The translations under genes were made by a program, and so were the position numbers. This document shows positions 1-12,600 of a stretch of DNA of 64,000 bases, piece by piece; positions within the stretch are counted from its first letter, which is position 1; each line of letters starts with the position of its first letter. The DNA lies in the NCBI GenBank assembly GCA_964016885.1, contig OZ024742.1, forward strand, positions 357,678,001 through 357,742,000, given 5' to 3'. The notes under the pieces were generated by a model, which saw only the letters and a list, made by a program, of their open reading frames with translations, was not told the origin of the DNA and ran no database searches. The DNA comes from Eledone cirrhosa. Its lineage: Eukaryota.

Positions 1-688
1 ATGGAAATAGTGTTGAATACAATAATTAGGGAACTAGAACAAGAACAAGCCTTACAGATATCTAGAGATCAATGAAGGCCAAGGTATTCACTCCACCAGC
101 ATGAAAGAGAGAATCAGGAAGGAATGTTAACGGAGAGTACGTGCTGTCATCAAAACAGAGCTTAACTGGAGAAATAAATTATCTGCCATAAATGCACTTG
201 CAATCCCTGTTGTCAGCAACAGTTTCAATATTATAAATTGGAAAGTTAATGAAATTAAGAGAATGAAATTAAGTTAATGAAATTAAGAGAATGGATACAA
301 AAACCAGGAAACCTTTGTCCACAGAAGATGTGGATCGCCTCTGTATCCCTAGACAAAATGGAGGTAGAGGAATGATCCAGCTACAGCTTTTATACAGGAT
401 ATCGAACATTGGACTGAATCAATACCTTAAAGCCACAGATGAGCAGATCATGAAGGGAAGAAGAGGTTACATTTAGTCACAAAGCAAAGCAGGAAGTTTG
501 CAGAAGAACTAGGATTACAGTTTAAAAATAATAATGGCTGCAAATAATATCAAAGTGTTAACAAAATATGAAGGCCAACAGAGACTGTGCACTAAATGGG
601 AGCAAAAACCACTGCATGGGAAGTATGTTATCTGTAGAAAAGAACCGGATGTAGATCAAGCTCTCACCCATCAGTGGCTGTAGAGTTC
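1..688 (+). mobile_element. Decayed R4/Dong-like (RLE-type) non-LTR retrotransposon, RT thumb/post-RT region, frameshifted
   Basis: Joining across frames gives: MKERIRKEC*RRVRAVIKTELNWRNKLSAINALAIPVVSNSFNIINWK…MDTKTRK…DVDRLCIPRQNGGRGMIQL…KWEQKPLHGKY…VDQALTHQWL. The LN..NK..AIN..AIPV, RL.IPR..GGRG and W..K.LHG motifs are typical of R4/Dong ORFs. Stops and frameshifts are present. Confidence 0.8.
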
Positions 689-3600
689 TGTGGACGATAA
701 CAGCTTCTATTGTACCACTGAGGGTAGAAATAGGGCGCTTGTGGATGATAACAGCTTCTATTGTACCAGTGAGTGTAGAAATAGGGCGCTTGTGGTTGAT
801 AACAGCTTCTATTGTACCAGTGAGGGTAGAAATAGGGCGGTTGTGGTTGATAACAGGTTCTATTGTACCACTGAGGGTAGAAATAGGGCTCTTGTGGATG
901 ATAACAGCTTCTATTGTACCACTTAGGGTAGAAATAGGGCGCTTGTGGTTGATAACAGCTTCTATTGTACCACTGAGGGTAGAAATAGGGCGCTTGTGGT
1001 TGATAACAGCTTCTATTGTACCACTGAGGGTAGAAATAGGGCGCTTGTGGATGATAACAGCTTCTATTGTACCAGTGAGGGTAGAAATAGGGCGCTTGTG
1101 GATGATAACAGCTTCTATTTTACCAGTGAGGGTAGAAATAGGGCGCTTGTGGTTGATAACAGGTTCTATTGTACCACTGAGGGTAGAAATAGGGCGCTTG
1201 TGGTTGATAACAGCTTCTATTGTACCAGTGAGGGTAGAAATAGGGCGCTTGTGGATGATAACAGCTTCTATTGTACCACTGAGGGTAGAAATAGGGCGCT
1301 TGTGGTTGATAACAGCTTCTATTGTACCAGTGAGGGTAGAAATAGGGCCCTTGTGGTTGATAACAGCTTCTATTGTACCAGTGAGGGTAGAAATAGGGCG
1401 CTTGTGGTTGATAACAGCTTCTATTGTACCACTGAGGGTAGAAATAGGGCGCTTGTGGATGATAACAGCTTCTATTGTACCAGTGAGGGTAGAAATAGGG
1501 TCCTTGTGGTTGATAACAGCTTCTATTGTACCATGAGGGTAGAAATAGGGCGCTTGTGGTTGATAACAGGTTCTATTGTACCACTGAGGGTAGAAATAGG
1601 GCGCTTGTGGTTGATAACAGCTTCTATTGTCCCAGTGAGGGTAGAAATAGGGCGCTTGTGGATGATAACAGCTTCTATTGTACCAGTGAGGGTAGAAATA
1701 GGGTCCTTGTGGTTGATAACAGCTTCTATCGTACCATGAGGGTAGAAATAAGGCCCTTGTGGTTGATAACAGGTTCTATTGTACCACTGAGGGTAGAAAT
1801 AGGGCGCTTGTGGATGATAACAGCTTCTATTGTACCAGTGAGGGTAGAAATAGGGCGCTTGTGGATGATAACAGCTTCTATTGTACCACTGAGGGTAGAA
1901 ATAGGGCGCTTGTGGTTGATAACAGCTTCTATTGTACCAGTGAGGGTAGAAATAGGGCCCTTGTGGTTGATAACAGCTTCTATTGTACCAGTGAGGGTAG
2001 AAATAGGGCGCTTGTGGTTGATAACAGCTTCTATTGTACCACTGAGGGTAGAAATAGGGCGCTTGTGGATGATAACAGCTTCTATTGTACCAGTGAGGGT
2101 AGAAATAGGGTCCTTGTGGTTGATAACAGCTTCTATCGTACCATGAGGGTAGAAATAGGGCCCTTGTGGTTGATAACAGGTTCTATTGTACCACTGAGGG
2201 TAGAAATAGGGCGCTTGTGGATGATAACAGCTTCTATTGTACCAGTGAGTGTAGAAATAGGGCGCTTGTGGTTGATAACAGCTTCTATTGTACCACTGAG
2301 GGTAGAAATAGGGTGCTTGTGGTTGATAACAGCTTCTATTGTACCACTGAGGGTAGAAATAGGGCGCTTGTGGATGATAACAGCTTCTATTGTACCAGTG
2401 AGGGTAGAAATAGGGCGCTTGTGGATGATAACAGCTTCTATTTTACCAGTGAGGGTAGAAATAGGGCGCTTGTGGTTGATAACAGGTTCTATTGTACCAC
2501 TGAGGGTAGAAATAGGGCGCTTGTGGTTGATAACAGCTTCTATTGTACCAGTGAGGGTAGAAATAGGGCGCTTCTGGATGATAACATCTTCTATTGTACC
2601 ACTGAGGGTAGAAATAGGGCGCTTGTGGTTGATAACAGCTTCTGTTGTACCAGTGAGGGTAGAAATAGGGCCCTTGTGGTTGATAACAGCTTCTATTGTA
2701 CCAGTGAGGGTAGAAATAGGGTTCTTGTGGATGATAACAGCTTCTATTGTACCACTTAGGGTAGAAATAGGGCGCTTGTGGTTGATAACAGCTTCTATTG
2801 TACCACTGAGGGTAGAAATAGGGCGCTTGTGGTTTATAACAGCTTCTATTGTACCAGTGAGGGTAGAAATAGGGCGCATGTGGATGATAACAGCTTCTAT
2901 TGTACCAGTGAGGGTAGAAATAGGGCCCTTGTGGTTGATAACAGGTTCTATTGTACCACTGAGGGTAGAAATAGGGCGCTTGTGGTTGATAACAGCTTCT
3001 ATTGTACCACTGAGGGTAGAAATAGGGCTCTTGTGGTTGATAACAGCTTCTATTGTACCACTGAGGGTAGAAATAGGGCGCTTGTGGTGGTTGATAACAG
3101 CTTCTATTGTACCAGTGAGGGTAGAAATAGGGCGCTTGTGGTTGATAACAGGTACTATTGTACAACTGAGGGTAGAAATAGGGCGCTTGTGGTTAATAAC
3201 AGGTTCTATTGTACCACTGAGGGTAGAAATAGGGCGCTTCTGGTTGATAACAGCTTCTATTGTACCACTGAGGGTAGAAATAGGGCGCTTGTGGTTGATA
3301 ACAGCTTCTATTGTACCACTGAGGGTAGAAGTAGGGCGCTTGTGGTTGTTAACAACTTCTATTGTACCACTGAGGATAGAAATAGGGCGCTTGTGGATGA
3401 TAACAGCTTCTATTGTACCACTGAGGGTAGAAATAGGGCGCTTGTGGTTGATAACAGCTTCTATTGTACCACTGAGGGTAGAAATAGGCGCTTGTGGATG
3501 ATAACAGCTTCTATTGTACCAGTGAGGGTAGAAATAAGGCGCTTGTGGTTGATAACAGGTTCTATTGTACCACTGTGGGTAGAAATAGGGCGCTTGTGGT

Positions 3601-6600
3601 TGATAACAGGTTCTATTGTACCACTGAGGGTAGAAATAGGGCGGTTGTGGTTGATAACAGGTTCTATTGTACCACTGAGGGTAGAAATAGGGCGCTTGTG
3701 GGTGATAACATCTTCTATTGTACCAGTGAGGGTAGAAATAGGGCGCTTGTGGTTGATAACAGCTTCTATTGTACCACTGAGGGTAGAAATAGGGCGCTTG
3801 TGGTTGATGACAGCTTCTATTGTACCAGTGAGGGTAGAAATAGGGCGCTTGTGGTTGATAACCGGTTCTATTCTACCACTGAGGGTAGAAATAGGGCGGT
3901 TGTCGTTGATAACAGGTTCTATTGTACCACTGAGGGTATAAATAGGGCGCTTGTGGTTGATAACAGGTTCTATTGTACCACTGAGGGTAGAAATAGGGCG
4001 CTTGTTGTTGATAACAGCTTCTATTGAACCACTGAGGGTAGAAATAGGGCGCTTGTGGATGATAACAGCTTCTATTGTACCAGTGAGGGTAGAAATAGGG
4101 CGCTTGTGGGTGATAACAGCTTCTATTGTACCAGTGAGGGTAGAAATAGGGCGCTTGTGGTTGATAACAGCTTCTATTGTACCAGTGAGGGTAGAAATAT
4201 GGCGCTTGTGGCTGATAACAGCTTCTATTGTACCAGTGAGGGTAGAAATAGGCCGCTTGTGGTTGATAACAGGTTCTATTGTACCACTGAGAGTAGAAAT
4301 AGGGCGGTTGTGGTTGATAACAGGTTCTATTGTACCACTGAGGGTAGAAATAGGGTTCTTGTGGATGATAACAGCTTCTATTGTACCACTTAGGGTAGAA
4401 ATAGGGCGCTTGTGGTTGATAACAGCTTCTATTGTACCACTGAAAGGTAGAAATAGGGCGCTTGTGGTTGATAACAGCTTCTATTGTACCAGAGAGGGTA
4501 GAAATAGGGCGCTTGTGGTTGATAACAGGTTCTATTCTACCACTGAGGGTAGAAATAGGGCGGGTGTCGTTGATAACAGGTTCTATTGTACCACTGAGGG
4601 TAGAAATAGGGCGCTTGTGGTTGATAACAGGTTCTATTGTACCACTGAGGGTAGAAATAGGGCGCTTGTTGTTGATAACAGGTTCTATTGTACCACTGAG
4701 GGTAGAAATAGGGCGCTTGTGGTTGATAACATGTTCTATTGTACCACTGAGGGTAGAAATAGGGCGCTTGTGGTTGATAACAGCTTCTATTGTACCACTG
4801 AGGGTATAAATAGGGCGCTTGTGGTTGATAACAGCTTCTATTGTACCACTGAGGGTAGAGATAGGGCGCTTGTGGATGATAACAGCTTCTATTGTACCAG
4901 TGAGGGTAGAAATAGGGCGCTTGTGGATGATAACTGCTTCTATTGTACCAGTGAGGGTAGAAATAGGGCGCTTGTGGTTGATAACAGCTTCTATTGTACC
5001 ACTGAGGGTAGAAATAGGGCGCTTGTGGATGATAACAGCTTCTATTGTACCAGTGAGGGTAGAAATAAGGCGCTTGTGGTTGATAACAGGTTCTATTGTA
5101 CCAGTGAGGGTAGAAATAGGGCGGTTGTCGTGGATAACAGGTTCTATTGTACCACTGAGGGTGAGAAATAGGGCTCTTGTGGATGATAACAGCTTCTATT
5201 GTACCACTTAGGGTAGAAATAGGGCGCTTGTGGTTGATGACAGCTTCTATTGTACCAGTGAGGGTAGAAATAGGGCGCTTGTGGTTGATAACAGCTTATA
5301 TTGTACCACTGAGGGTAGAAATAGGGCGCTTGTGGTTGATAACAGTTTCTATTGTACCACTGAGGGTAGAAATAGGGCGCTTGTGGTTGATAACAGCTTC
5401 TATTGTACCAGTGAGGGTAGAAATAGGGCCCTTGTGGTTGATAACAGCTTCTATTGTACCAGTGAGGGTAGAAATAGGGCGCTTGTGGTTGATAACAGCT
5501 TCTATTGTACCACTGAGGGTAGAAATAGGGCTCTTGTGGATGATAACAGCTTCTATTGTACCAGTGAGGGTAGAAATAGGGCCCTTGTGGTTGATAACAG
5601 GTTCTATTGTACCACTGAGGGTAGAAATATGGCGCTTGTGGATGATAACAGCTTCTATTGTACCAGTGAGGGTAGAAATAGGGCGCTTGTGGTTGATAAC
5701 AGGTTCTATTGTACCACTGAGGGTAGAAATAGGGCGCTTGTGGTTGATAACAGGTTCTATTGTACCACTGAGGGTAGAAATAGGGCGCTTGTGGTTGATA
5801 ACAGCTTCTATTGTACCACTGAGGGTAGAAATAGGGCGCTTGTGGTTGATAACAGGTTCTATTGTACCACTGAGGGTAGAAATAGGGCGCTTGTGGTTGA
5901 TAACAGCTTCTATTGTACCACTGAGGGTAGAAATAGGGCGCTTGTGGATGATAACAGCTTCTATTGTACCAGTGAGGGTAGAAATAGGGCGCTTGTGGAT
6001 GATAACAGCTTCTATTGTACCAGTGAGGGTAGAAATAAGGCGCTTGTGGTTGATAACAGGTTCTATTGTACCACTGAGGGTAGAAATAGGGCGCTGGTGG
6101 TTGATAACAGGTTCTATTGTACCACTGAGGGTAGAAATAGGGCGCTTGTGGTTGATAACAGCTTCTATTGTACCAGTGAGGGTAGAAATAGGGCGCTTGT
6201 GGTTGATAACAGCTTCTATCGTACCACTGAGGGTAGAAATAGGGCGCTTGTGGATGATAACAGCTTCTATTGTACCAGTGAGGGTAGAAATAGGGCGCTT
6301 GTGTGTGATAACAGCTTCTATTGTACCAGTGAGGGTAGAAATAGGGCGCTTGTGGTTGATAACAGCTTCTATTGTACCAGTGAGGGTAGAAATAGGGCGC
6401 TTGTGGCTGATAACAGATTCTACTGTACCAGTGAGGGTAGAAATAGGGCGGTTGTGGTTGATAACAGCTTCTATTGTACCACTGAGGGTAGAAATAGGGC
6501 GGTTGTGGTTGATAACAGGTTCTATTGTACCACTGAGGGTAGAAATAGGGTTCTTGTGGATGATAACAGCTTCTATTGTACCACTTAGTGTAGAAATAGG

Positions 6601-9600
6601 GCGCTTGTGGTTGATAACAGCTTCTATTGTACCACTGAGGGTAGAAATAGGGCGCTTGTGGTTGATAACAGCTTCTATTGTACCACTGAGGGTAGAAATA
6701 GGGTGCTTGTGGTGGTTGATAACAGCTTCTATTGTACCAGTGAGGGTAGAAATAGGGCGCTTGTGGTTGATAACAGGTACTATTGTACAACTGAGGGTAG
6801 AAATAGGGCGCTTGTGGTTAATAACAGGTTCTATTGTACCACTGAGGGTAGAAATAGGGCGCTTCTGGTTGATAACAGCTTCTATTGTACCACTGAGGGT
6901 AGAAATAGGGCGCTTGTGGTTGATAACAGCTTCTATTGTACCACTGAGGGTAGAAGTAGGGCGCTTGTGGTTGATAACAACTTCTATTGTACCACTGAGG
7001 GTAGAAATAGGGCGCTTGTGGATGATAACAGCTTCTATTGTACCACTGAGGGTAGAAATAGGGCGCTTGTGGTTGATAACAGCTTCTATTGTACAACTGA
7101 GGGTAGAAATAGGCGCTTGTGGATGATAACAGCTCCTATTGTACCAGTGAGCGTAGAAATAAGGCGCTTGTGGTTGATAACAGGTTCTATTGTACCACTG
7201 TGGGTAGAAATAGGGCGCTTGTGATTGATAACAGGTTCTATTGTACCACTGAGGGTAGAAATAGGGCGGTTGTGGTTGATAACAGGTTCTATTGTACCAC
7301 TGAGGGTAGAAATAGGGCGCTTGTGGGTGATAACAGCTTCTATTGTACCAGTGAGGGTAGAAATAGGGCGCTTGTGGTTGATAACAGCTTCTATTGTACC
7401 ACTGAGGGTAGAAATAGGGCGCTTGTGGTTGATAACAGCTTCTATTGTACCAGTGAGGGTAGAAATAGGGCGCTTGTGGTTGATAACCGGTTCTATTCTA
7501 CCACTGAGGGTAGAAATAGGGCGGTTGTCGTTGATAACAGGTTCTATTGTACCACTGAGGGTATAAATAGGGCGCTTGTCGTTGATAACAGGTTCTATTG
7601 TACCACTGAGGGTAGAAATAGGGCGCTTGTTGTTGATAACAGCTTCTATTGTACCACTGAGGGTAGAAATAGGGCGCTTGTGGATGATAACAGCTTCTAT
7701 TGTACCAGTGAGGGTAGAAATAGGGCGCTTGTGGGTGATAACAGCTTCTATTGTACCAGTGAGGGTAGAAATAGGGCGCTTGTGGTTGATAACAGCTTCT
7801 ATTGTACCAGTGAGGGTAGAAATATGGCGCTTGTGGCTGATAACAGCTTCTATTGTACCAGTGAGGGTAGAAATAGGGCGCTTGTGGTTGATAACAGGTT
7901 CTATTGTACCACTGAGAGTAGAAATAGGGCGGTTGTGATTGATAACAGGTTCTATTGTACCACTGAGGGTAGAAATAGGGTTCTTGTGGATGATAACAGC
8001 TTCTATTGTACCACTTAGGGTAGAAATAGGGCGCTTGTGGTTGATAACAGCTTCTATTGTACCACTGAGGGTAGAAATAGGGCGCTTGTGGTTGATAACA
8101 GCTTCTATTGTACCAGAGAGGGTAGAAATAGGGCGCTTGTGGTTGATAACAGGTTCTATTCTACCACTGAGGGTAGAAATAGGGCGGGTGTCGTTGATAA
8201 CAGGTTCTATTGTACCACTGAGGGTAGAAATAGGGCGCTTGTGGTTGATAACAGGTTCTATTGTACCACTGAGGGTAGAAATAGGGCGCTTGTTGTTGAT
8301 AACAGCTTCTATTGTACCACTGAGGGTAGAAATAGGGCGCTTGTGGTTGATAACAGGTTCTATTGTACCACTGAGGGTATAAATAGGGCGCTTGTGGTTG
8401 ATAACAGCTTCTATTGTACCACTGAGGGTATAAATAGGGCGCTTGTGGTTGATAACAGCTTCTATTGTACCACTGAGGGTAGAGATAGGGCGCTTGTGGA
8501 TGATAACAGCTTCTATTGTACCAGTGAGGGTAGAAATAGGGCGCTTGTGGATGATAACTGCTTCTATTGTACCAGTGAGGGTAGAAATAGGGCGCTTGTG
8601 GTTGATAACAGCTTCTATTGTACCACTGAGGGTAGAAATAGGGCGCTTGTGGATGATAACAGCTTCTATTGTACCAGTGAGGGTAGAAATAAGGCGCTTG
8701 TGGTTGATAACAGGTTCTATTGTACCAGTGAGGGTAGAAATAGGGCGGTTGTCGTGGATAACAGGTTCTATTGTACCACTGAGGGTGAGAAATAGGGCTC
8801 TTGTGGATGATAACAGCTTCTATTGTACCACTTAGGGTAGAAATAGGGCGCTTGTGGTTGATAACAGCTTCTATTGTACCAGTGAGGGTAGAAATAGGGC
8901 GCTTGTGGTTGATAACAGCTTATATTGTACCACTGAGGGTAGAAATAGGGCGCTTGTGGTTGATAACAGTTTCTATTGTACCACTGAGGGTAGAAATAGG
9001 GCGCTTGTGGTTGATAACAGCTTCTATTGTACCAGTGAGGGTAGAAATAGGGCCCTTGTGGTTGATAACAGCTTCTATTGTACCAGTGAGGGTAGAAATA
9101 GGGCGCTTGTGGTTGATAACAGCTTCTATTGTACCACTGAGGGTAGAAATAGGGCTCTTGTGGATGATAACAGCTTCTATTGTACCAGTGAGGGTAGAAA
9201 TAGGGCCCTTGTGGTTGATAACAGGTTCTATTGTACCACTGAGGGTAGAAATATGGCGCTTGTGGATGATAACAGCTTCTATTGTACCAGTGAGGGTAGA
9301 AATAGGGCGCTTGTGGTTGATAACAGGTTCTATTGTACCACTGAGGGTAGAAATAGGGCGCTTGTGGTTGATAACAGGTTCTATTGTACCACTGAGGGTA
9401 GAAATAGGGCGCTTGTGGTTGATAACAGCTTCTATTGTACCACTGAGGGTAGAAATAGGGCGCTTGTGGTTGATAACAGGTTCTATTGTACCACTGAGGG
9501 TAGAATTGGGCGCTTGTGGTTGATAACAGCTTCTATTGTACCACTGAGGGTAGAAATAGGGCGCTTGTGGATGATAACAGCTTCTATTGTACCAGTGAGG

Positions 9601-12600
9601 GTAGAAATAGGGCGCTTGTGGATGATAACAGCTTCTATTGTACCAGTGAGGGTAGAAATAAGGCGCTTGTGGTTGATAACAGGTTCTATTGTACCACTGA
9701 GGGTAGAAATAGGGCGCTTGTGGTTGATAACAGGTTCTATTGTACCACTGAGGGTAGAAATAGGGCGCTTGTGGTTGATAACAGCTTCTATTGTACCAGT
9801 GAGGGTAGAAATAGGGCGCTTGTGGTTGATAACAGCTTCTATCGTACCACTGAGGGTAGAAATAGGGCGCTTGTGGATGATAACAGCTTCTATTGTACAA
9901 GTGAGGGTAGAAATAGGGCGCTTGTGTGTGATAACAGCTTCTATTGTACCAGTGAGGGTAGAAATAGGGCGCTTGTGGTTGATAACAGCTTCTATTGTAC
10001 CAGTGAGGGTAGAAATAGGGCGCTTGTGGCTGATAACAGATTCTACTGTACCAGTGAGGGTAGAAATAGGGTGGTTGTGGTTGATAACAGGTTCTATTGT
10101 ACCACTGAGGGTAGAAATAGGGCGGTTGTGGTTGATAACAGGTTCTATTGTACCACTGAGGGTAGAAATAGGGTTCTTGTGGATGATAACAGCTTCTATT
10201 GTACCACTTAGTGTAGAAATAGGGCGCTTGTGGTTGATAACAGCTTCTATTGTACCACTCGGGGTAGAAATAGGGCGCTTGTGGTTGATAACAGCTTCTA
10301 TTGTACCACTGAGGGTAGAAATAGGGCTCTTGTGGTTGATAACAGCTTCTATTGTACCACTGAGGGTAGAAATAGGGTGCTTGTGGTGGTTGATAACAGC
10401 TTCTATTGTACCAGTGAGGGTAGAAATAGGGCGCTTGTGGTTGATAACAGGTACTATTGTACCACTGAGGGTAGAAATAGGGCGCTTGTGGTTGATAACA
10501 GCTTCTATTGTACCAGTGAGGGTAGAAATAGGGCGCTTGTGGTTGATAACAGCTTCTATTGTACCACTGAGGGTAGAAATAGGGCTCTTGTGGATTATAA
10601 CAGCTTCTATTGTTCCAGTGAGGGTAGAAATAGGGCGCTTGTGGTTGATAACAGCTTCTATTGTACCAGTGAGGGTAGAAATAGGGCGCTTGTGGTTGAT
10701 AACAGCTTCTATTGTACCAGTGAGGGTAGAAATAGGGCGCTTGTGGCTGATAACAGATTCTACTGTACCAGTGAGGGTAGAAATAGGGCGGTTGTGGTTG
10801 ATAACAGGTTCTATTGTACCACTGAGGGTAGAAATAGGGCGGTTGTGGTTGATAACAGGTTCTATTGTACCACTGAGGGTAGAAATAGGGTTCTTGTGGA
10901 TGATAACAGCTTCTATTGTACCACTTAGTGTAGAAATAGGGCGCTTGTGGTTGATAACAGCTTCTATTGTACCACTCGGGGTAGAAATAGGGCGCTTGTG
11001 GTTGATAACAGCTTCTATTGTACCACTGAGGGTAGAAATAGGGCGCTTGTGGTTAATAACAGGTTCTATTGTACCACTGAGGGTAGAAATAGGGCGCTTC
11101 TGGTTGATAACAGCTTCTATTGTACCACTGAGGGTAGAAATAGGGCGCTTGTGGTTGATAACAGCTTATATTGTACCACTGAGGGTAGAAATAGGGCGCT
11201 TGTGGTTGATAACAGTTTCTATTGTACCACTGAGGGTAGAAATAGGGCGCTTGTGGTTGATAACAGCTTCTATTGTACCAGTGAGGGTAGAAATAGGGCG
11301 CTTGTGGTTGATAACAGCTTCTATTGTACCACTGAGGGTAGAAATAGGGCTCTTGTGGATTATAACAGCTTCTATTGTTCCAGTGAGGGTAGAAATAGGG
11401 CCCTTGTGGTTGATAACAGGTTCTATTGTACCACTGAGGGTAGAAATATGGCGCTTGTGGATGATAACAGCTTCTATTGTACCAGTGAGGGTAGAAATAG
11501 GGCGCTTGTGGTTGATAACAGGTTCTATTGTACCACTGAGGGTAGAAATAGGGCGCTTGTGGTTGATAACAGGTTCTATTGTACCACTGAGGGTAGAAAT
11601 AGGGCGCTTGTGGTTGATAACAGCTTCTATTGTACCACTGAGGGTAGAAATAGGGCGCTTGTGGTTGATAACAGGTTCTATTGTACCACTGAGGGTAGAA
11701 TTGGGCGCTTGTGGTTGATAACAGCTTCTATTGTACCACTGAGGGTAGAAATAGGGCGCTTGTGTATGATAACAGCTTCTATTGTACCAGTGAGGGTAGA
11801 AATAGGGCGCTTGTGGATGATAACAGCTTCTATTGTACCAGTGAGGGTAGAAATAAGGCGCTTGTGGTTGATAACAGGTTCTATTGTACCACTGAGGGTA
11901 GAAATAGGGCGCTTGTGGTTGATAACAGGTTCTATTGTACCACTGAGGGTAGAAATAGGGCGCTTGTGGTTGATAACAGCTTCTATTGTACCAGTGAGGG
12001 TAGAAATAGGGCGCTTGTGGTTGATAACAGCTTCTATCGTACCACTGAGGGTAGAAATAGGGCGCTTGTGGATGATAACAGCTTCTATTGTACCAGTGAG
12101 GGTAGAAATAGGGCGCTTGTGTGTGATAACAGCTTCTATTGTACCAGTGAGGGTAGAAATAGGGCGCTTGTGGTTGATAACAGCTTCTATTGTACCAGTG
12201 AGGGTAGAAATAGGGCGCTTGTGGCTGATAACAGATTCTACTGTACCAGTGAGGGTAGAAATAGGGCGGTTGTGGTTGATAACAGGTTCTATTGTACCAC
12301 TGAGGGTAGAAATAGGGCGGTTGTGGTTGATAACAGGTTCTATTGTACCACTGAGGGTAGAAATAGGGTTCTTGTGGATGATAACAGCTTCTATTGTACC
12401 ACTTAGTGTAGAAATAGGGCGCTTGTGGTTGATAACAGCTTCTATTGTACCACTGAGGGTAGAAATAGGGCGCTTGTGGTTGATAACAGCTTCTATTGTA
12501 CCACTGAGGGTAGAAATAGGGCTCTTGTGGTTGATAACAGCTTCTATTGTACCACTGAGGGTAGAAATAGGGTGCTTGTGGTGGTTGATAACAGCTTCTA

